From contig JBEPZY010000002.1 of NCBI GenBank assembly GCA_041640595.1, positions 604,407 through 668,406 on the forward strand: DNA of 64,000 bases. Direction: 5' to 3'. Positions 60,401-64,000 of the stretch are shown piece by piece. Each line of letters begins with the position of its first letter. Within the stretch, counting starts at the first letter, position 1. The position numbers and the translations under genes are program-made. This DNA comes from Gemmatales bacterium (GTDB lineage Bacteria; Planctomycetota; Planctomycetia; Gemmatales; HRBIN36). Under the pieces are notes generated by a model that worked only from the letters and a program-made list of their open reading frames with translations, was not told the origin of the DNA and did not search any database.

Positions 60401-63400
60401 ATACATCTTTCACATTTACAGGTGCGAATACTATTTCGGTTGCCGACCTGGATGCTGGAAGTTCACCGGTTCTGGTGCGGCTAACGGTGCAGCATGGCAC
60501 ACTTACGCTGAGCGGTACCAGCGGGCTGAGTTTCAATATCGGCACGGGCAGCGGCGATGCTGTTATGGAGTTCACCGGCACCCTGGCCAATATCAACGCC
60601 GCTCTGGCTGGTATGACCTACACCCCAGATCCGGATTATTTCGGTACGGACACGTTGCAAGTTCTCGTAAACGACCAGGGCCATACGGGGAGTGGTGGCA
60701 ACCAGACGGCCACCAAGAACATCACGATCAACATTTCGGGCGTGAATGACGCTCCGCGTCTGGTGCACAATCTGGGGCTGACCGTGCCGGAGGGAACCGG
60801 CCAGTTTATCACGGGTACGGAGTTGCTCTTCAGCGACCCCGACAATCCGCCGAGCCAGGTGGTGTACACGGTGTTGGCCTTGCCAACTCGTGGCGATTTG
60901 CTGGTCAATGGCACTCCTATCCAGTTTTTGCCGCAACCCCAGTTCACGCAGGACGACCTCAACAATAACCGCATTCGCTACGTTCATGATGGCAGCGAAA
61001 CGACAGCAGACAGCTTCCAGTTCACCGTCCGCGACACTCTGGGAGCTACGGACGGCACCACTTACACGTTCAGTATCACGGTAACACCGGTCAACGATCC
61101 GCCGGTGGCCGACCTCAATGGCACCACTCAGGTGGGTACCGGTTACGTAGCGCTGTTTTCTCCGCCGGGACCGCAAACTATTTTCGTGGTGGACAACGTT
61201 CAGGCTGCCGTCTTAGACCCAGATTCGACCACATTGACCGGCGCTGTGATCACCCTGCAAGGAGCAGTCGATGGCACGCAGGAACGTCTGATTATCGGCG
61301 GATTGACCAATAACGGTACTGTTGGTTCCATCACTGTAACGTACAACGCCACGTTCCATACCATCACCCTGACCGGCACCGCGTCGCTGACCGACTATCA
61401 GAACCTGTTGCGAACGCTGCAGTACACCAACAACCTGACCTCGCCGACCTTGTCTTCTCGTCAGGTGAATGTGCAACTCAACGATGGCAGTGGGTTGGGA
61501 CCGGTGAGCGTTGCGTTGATTGCCTTCCAGGGCAGTCAGGCTCCCGTTCTGGACTTGAACGGCCCCAGCGCTCCGGGCTTCGGTTACACGGCAGTGCTGC
61601 CCGTACCGGGCCCCAGCACGGTGGCCATCGTGGATAACGCCAACCTGGCCATTACCGATGCCGACAGCAGTTATCTGGCTCGAGCCCAGGCGGTGTTGAC
61701 GAATCGGCCCGACGGCGACACGAATGAGCGACTGGCTATCAACGTCGCCCTGGCTCAGTCGCTGGGACTGGCCGTTACTTACTCGGCCAGCACTGGCACT
61801 CTGGAAATCGTTGGCCCCGCACCTTTAGCTGCTTTCACTCAGGTGTTGCGTTCCCTGCGCTATGAGAATGACAGGGCTTCACCCACTCCGGTTCAGCGAA
61901 TCATTGAGGTCAGCGTGCATGATGGCGCCAATGTCAGCAACATTGCCAAGGCTATGGTAACCTTCACGGGCGGCCTGGCCCCATTTGTGGATTTGAACGG
62001 CTCGGATTCAGGCACGGGGTTCTCCGCGACATTCAACACTCCTGGGCCAAGGACTCTGAACCTGACCAGTGCAACTGCCACGGTTACCGATAGCGACAGT
62101 CCCAATCTCTGGCAGATTCGCGCCACTTTGTCCAGTGCGCCGGACGGTAGTCAGGAAGGTTTAATTGCGGATACAACCGGCACTTCCTTGAGCTGGAGTT
62201 ACAATCCGACAACACGTGTGCTGACCATTGTCGGCCCGGGTCCGCGTGGTGAATTTGAAACGGTGTTACGCACCCTGCAATATTTCAACAACGCTTTCTT
62301 CCCCTCACCGGCAAGCCGAACCATTCAGGTGGTGGCTGACGATGGCGTCAACGTAAGTCTCCCGGCCACAGCAACCGTCAGTTTCGTCGGAGCACAGCAG
62401 GCGCCGATATTAGACCTGAACGGCCCAGGTTTCGGCACCGGTTTCACTGCTACCGTCCAGACGCCCGGCCCGGTTACGGTGAACATTACCGACACGCTTT
62501 CCGCAAGCCTTTCCGACAGCGACAGCACGCACCTGAGTTATCTCGATGTCGTTTTCGCCAGCACGCCAGGCAGACCCGATGGCGCTCAGGAAACTCTCCT
62601 GGCGGATACTTCAGGCACTTTGCTGCTGGTCACCAATTTGCCTAACGGGATTCGCCTGCAGGGAAGTGGCGGTAGTCCGCGCCCAATCGGCGAATTTGTA
62701 ACCGTCTTACGCCGGTTGCAGTATAGCCATACCGGTGCCTGGCCGACGCCTGTATCTCGATCCATCATTGTCACCGCCAGCGATGGCTACAACACGGCCT
62801 CGGCGACAGCCACGGTAAACTTCCGCGGCGCCCAGTTCGCTCCGGCAGTGGATTTGAATGGCACGGATCAGCCAGGGACGAGTTTTGCCGCAACACTGGC
62901 GTCCGGGCAGACCCAGGTGGCGATCGTGGACAGCGATCTCGCCACCAGTGATGCCGATAGCACACATCTCAACCGGGCAGTGATTCGCTTGCTCAGCACC
63001 CCCGATGGCGCCAGTGAAAGCCTCGACGTTACCGCCGACCTCACCGGCACGGGTATCAGCAAGCTTTACAACCCTGCCACCGGCACCTTGACACTGTCGG
63101 GCGTGGCGCCGCTGAGCACTTATCAATCGGTGCTGCGGACTCTGGTGTACAAAAATACCAGGGCTTTCCCCGATCCGACGACTCGCCAGATCGAGGTGCG
63201 CGTCAACGACGGGTACAATGACAGTGCGGTGGCAACGGCTACGGTTACGATTGGCGGAACCACGCCGCCTGTTGTGGATCTCAATGGCGGTTCCAGTGGC
63301 ATCAACACTACAGCCACCTTGCCGGGAACCAGCACGTCGGTGTTGGTTGCACCAGGTGCGATCGTCGCCGACGTTGATAGCGTGAGCCTGGCGAGGTTAG

Positions 63401-64000
63401 TGGTGCGGCTAACGAATAGACCGAACAGCTCCGACGAGTTTCTCACCGCCGACGTCAGCGGTACCGGCTTAAATTTCAGCTATAACATCAGCACCGGAAT
63501 CGGCCTTATTACGGGTGCTGGTTCACCTGCTGATTACCAACAGGTGCTGCGAACCCTTCGTTACCACAACCTGGCGCTATACCCCGATACGACCAATCGC
63601 ACCATCCAGGTCTATGCCAACGACGGCTACCGAAACAGCACGACGGCCACCGCTACTGTTTCCATCCTCCCAGCCCGCAGCATTCCCAATCCGAACGGTT
63701 CCGGACAGGCCCTGCTGGTGCTGGGTACCAACAGCAACGACGTTGTTCAGGTCAAACCCGGTTCCAGCAACGGCCAGTTCCGCATTGTCCTCAACGGAAA
63801 CAACATCGGCACGTTTAATGCTACCGCTTTCCGACGCCTTGTTGTGCTGGCCCGCGGTGGTGATGACCGAATAGAGGTGGATCGGACGCTGAATTTGCCG
63901 AGCATTCTGGATGGTGGAGCGGGCAATGATGTGATTTTGGGTGGTGCTGGGGCGGATGTGCTGCTTGGCGGTGCCGGCAACGACCAGCTCTACGGTCGTG
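54499..64000 (+). CDS. Giant secreted/surface protein (>3160 aa, 3' end outside window): LEDR motif, BNR/Asp-box propeller, ELWxxDGT repeats, cadherin-like/Ig repeats, RTX-like Ca-binding repeats
   Basis: AGGAGG then GTG 54499 (frame +1); MHSWWRAWRW...LEQLEDRTVP; SRDGGASW, SEDGGRTW; 9 ELWxxDGT-type repeats; VNDAP units; six DLNG units; GGAGNDVILGGAGADVLLGGAGND. No stop found in the stretches read; absence from the ORF track fits having no stop in the window. Confidence 0.9.
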   Translation, partial: MHSWWRAWRWLTTGRRPSANSGNGRVRQRGQARKRPAERRVYLHLEQLEDRTVPSTSIPLHPVNWTPLGPFGIQPGGSSNIWSGRVNAIAVHPTNANTIYVGSSGGVWRTQDGGVSWTPLTDQMPNLTIGAVAVAPSDPQVIYAGTGEMHFSAIDSFPGSGLYISRDGGASWEVTFGGAVDTQIGNVTRPVEVNGTIYFVAFTQANGWELWKTDGTTAVMVADIYPGSTSSNPRLLTNVNGTLFFVAEDANLGVELWTSDGTAAGTRMVRDIRPGVQSSNPNWLVEVNGTLYFSANDGATGVELWKWDPSIAPSGSAPAANQVVQVRNIRGGGGFGGDGSSNPSFLTNVNGTLYFSAINSGGTGVELWRSNGTSTGTVLVADINPGPGGSSNPSNLVNVNGTLYFAATDGTNGVELWTSDGTAAGTQMVLDIAPGTASSDPQNLIAINGTLFFTADDGVSGRELWVSDGTPGNTRMVKDIRLGSASASFGEMVNYNGVLLFVVDDGLLGAELWRSDGTEAGTVLVKDIAAGTRSSQPQGLTVVQTAPGVYRVFFAANDGVSGFELWRSDGTETGTVLVKDIRSGAASSAPQQLIALGNQVVFLANDGLTDLDPWKSDGTAAGTVKIADTNITAGLAISGPFDRRYISAIVVDPNDANVVYAAVSIRGGTVVDSSGSPRERSGIYKSEDGGRTWTNTTWDKIVDQAGNTASVDRAFTDLILVPDSSSPVGYILYAAIGDAQGHEMNGLYQSRDGGNTWFRVASFPGGRFEPRVGRIRLAVSSTDPDFLYGIVQDAGSQTFGQFYRFLVSADKGFSWRALPVGGPNGVPDPFRFYASYSMAIAIDRNDPYTVYYGGENLARVHLKHDDNRPKDVSLFTIDADPQRTRILTTDVAGPVQAPHLYFHALVFTPDGKLLTGSDMGVGKYDPANEAFSPLNGDPSLDSGKRMLNNALVTSVATSVFGNNIMYAGTKTTGLIRFVDKQLWQGVGRTPGQATDVGSVIMDQLNPDFVYALDNLGVNTLSDFVGSTVSFIRSTNGFNAAAMPNFATVQSFAIPTINDFNADWREYYPPMVLDPELERVWFASSLMYEVSNIRRGPTFTVVGSATIDPSSGNWLADFFPRGAFTGPNNQIIDSKSRVSTIAVFQVAPPNPPPLTGGWIWGTPGGQGAGDGMTLPGDPERIWAIDDQGNVSRTRDIGFLNSFRPNSVTNTRGREYAWDLVAPLPPANWVDSAISGSSSSDAGVLYVVAASFRGGALQSQVYMTSDDGNSWRSIGDSLPDVPARAILVEPRQPGWQDDVLYVGTDAGVFRGTYNALTGQWEWRLYGKGLPNARITDMEFNLAFNELIVSTYGRGVWGIFVNTDLPPENTVPGPQTIPEDSQLVFNTANRNVIRVDDPDADPNPIQVELKVERAPGVFSGRLQLFTTAGLTFQAGTTNNSPHIIVRGTIADLNSALHGLRFIPDANFSGTITLTITTSDLGNTGPLPPGFPNGFSTTDTVLINVVRSNDAPLLNPDSDPGQPGIQPWSLGSILEDAGTSNATNPGISIRQFIANNPGMITDVDDGNPPGYLDPRGIAITAFDNSNGTWQYTLNGGATWSAINLGTGVALVLAADAADQTRIRFVPNTNWNGTTTITFRAWDQSNGVANGTVISSFPPNGTPPGDTSAYSFDSATAQLTVTPVNDPPSASSTSTNWTNPLQEDNFPPVPGTVYPEITLTNLQPGPAVTGAQDNESSQTMTVTATLQNVSGALAGTFMYSTDGGSTFSATPPSGLAAGANVIVRFVPAPDATGSADIVITIQDTGGTANGGQDSRTYTFPISIDPVNDAPTITAPASVTTDEDTALFFSGSNVISIADVDAGTGTLEVSLSVSQGVLKLATLSGITVMSGADNSANMVIRGTLAALNAALNGLRYTPALNYNGSDTLNISVNDLGNSGTGGALSASASVAITINAVNDAPTITAPNTVSTIEDTSFTFTGANTISVADLDAGSSPVLVRLTVQHGTLTLSGTSGLSFNIGTGSGDAVMEFTGTLANINAALAGMTYTPDPDYFGTDTLQVLVNDQGHTGSGGNQTATKNITINISGVNDAPRLVHNLGLTVPEGTGQFITGTELLFSDPDNPPSQVVYTVLALPTRGDLLVNGTPIQFLPQPQFTQDDLNNNRIRYVHDGSETTADSFQFTVRDTLGATDGTTYTFSITVTPVNDPPVADLNGTTQVGTGYVALFSPPGPQTIFVVDNVQAAVLDPDSTTLTGAVITLQGAVDGTQERLIIGGLTNNGTVGSITVTYNATFHTITLTGTASLTDYQNLLRTLQYTNNLTSPTLSSRQVNVQLNDGSGLGPVSVALIAFQGSQAPVLDLNGPSAPGFGYTAVLPVPGPSTVAIVDNANLAITDADSSYLARAQAVLTNRPDGDTNERLAINVALAQSLGLAVTYSASTGTLEIVGPAPLAAFTQVLRSLRYENDRASPTPVQRIIEVSVHDGANVSNIAKAMVTFTGGLAPFVDLNGSDSGTGFSATFNTPGPRTLNLTSATATVTDSDSPNLWQIRATLSSAPDGSQEGLIADTTGTSLSWSYNPTTRVLTIVGPGPRGEFETVLRTLQYFNNAFFPSPASRTIQVVADDGVNVSLPATATVSFVGAQQAPILDLNGPGFGTGFTATVQTPGPVTVNITDTLSASLSDSDSTHLSYLDVVFASTPGRPDGAQETLLADTSGTLLLVTNLPNGIRLQGSGGSPRPIGEFVTVLRRLQYSHTGAWPTPVSRSIIVTASDGYNTASATATVNFRGAQFAPAVDLNGTDQPGTSFAATLASGQTQVAIVDSDLATSDADSTHLNRAVIRLLSTPDGASESLDVTADLTGTGISKLYNPATGTLTLSGVAPLSTYQSVLRTLVYKNTRAFPDPTTRQIEVRVNDGYNDSAVATATVTIGGTTPPVVDLNGGSSGINTTATLPGTSTSVLVAPGAIVADVDSVSLARLVVRLTNRPNSSDEFLTADVSGTGLNFSYNISTGIGLITGAGSPADYQQVLRTLRYHNLALYPDTTNRTIQVYANDGYRNSTTATATVSILPARSIPNPNGSGQALLVLGTNSNDVVQVKPGSSNGQFRIVLNGNNIGTFNATAFRRLVVLARGGDDRIEVDRTLNLPSILDGGAGNDVILGGAGADVLLGGAGNDQLYGR

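Noticed and set aside
58759..63980. Many short minus-strand ORFs in the last 5 kb
   Set aside because: Shadows of the giant plus-strand ORF

Overview
GC-rich bacterial chromosome segment, very likely a planctomycete (Gemmatales-like). The lineage call rests on DUF1559 prepilins, DUF1549/DUF1553, a PVC-type CxxCH protein and LExLExR export motifs. Most of the window is housekeeping or lineage-typical: sulfite reductase and cysH, rnpA, a DnaJ-class chaperone, YhaM, folP-cdaA-cdaR, lactate permease, cysteine desulfurase, aroK, cbiET, pxpA/pxpC, tRNA-Ser(TGA) and an EF-G paralogue. Accessory or unusual parts: (1) an ABC-ATPase + TOPRIM pair resembling PARIS defence; (2) three tandem DUF1559 pilin-like genes with near-identical 5' DNA, divergent bodies and a conserved leader RNA, next to a receiver-less sigma-54 activator whose 3' end is triplicated; (3) a Ser/Thr pseudokinase; (4) a giant secreted mosaic protein (>3160 aa, 54499 to beyond the window) missing from the ORF track, with sharply bounded C-avoiding codon patches; (5) two promoter-to-terminator intervals without a credible gene (ncRNA candidates); (6) several unrelated 2-3 copy intergenic repeats with a recurring 66-75 bp period. 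No cas, integrase, transposase or reverse transcriptase gene was seen. All calls come from reading motifs by eye; no searches were run.
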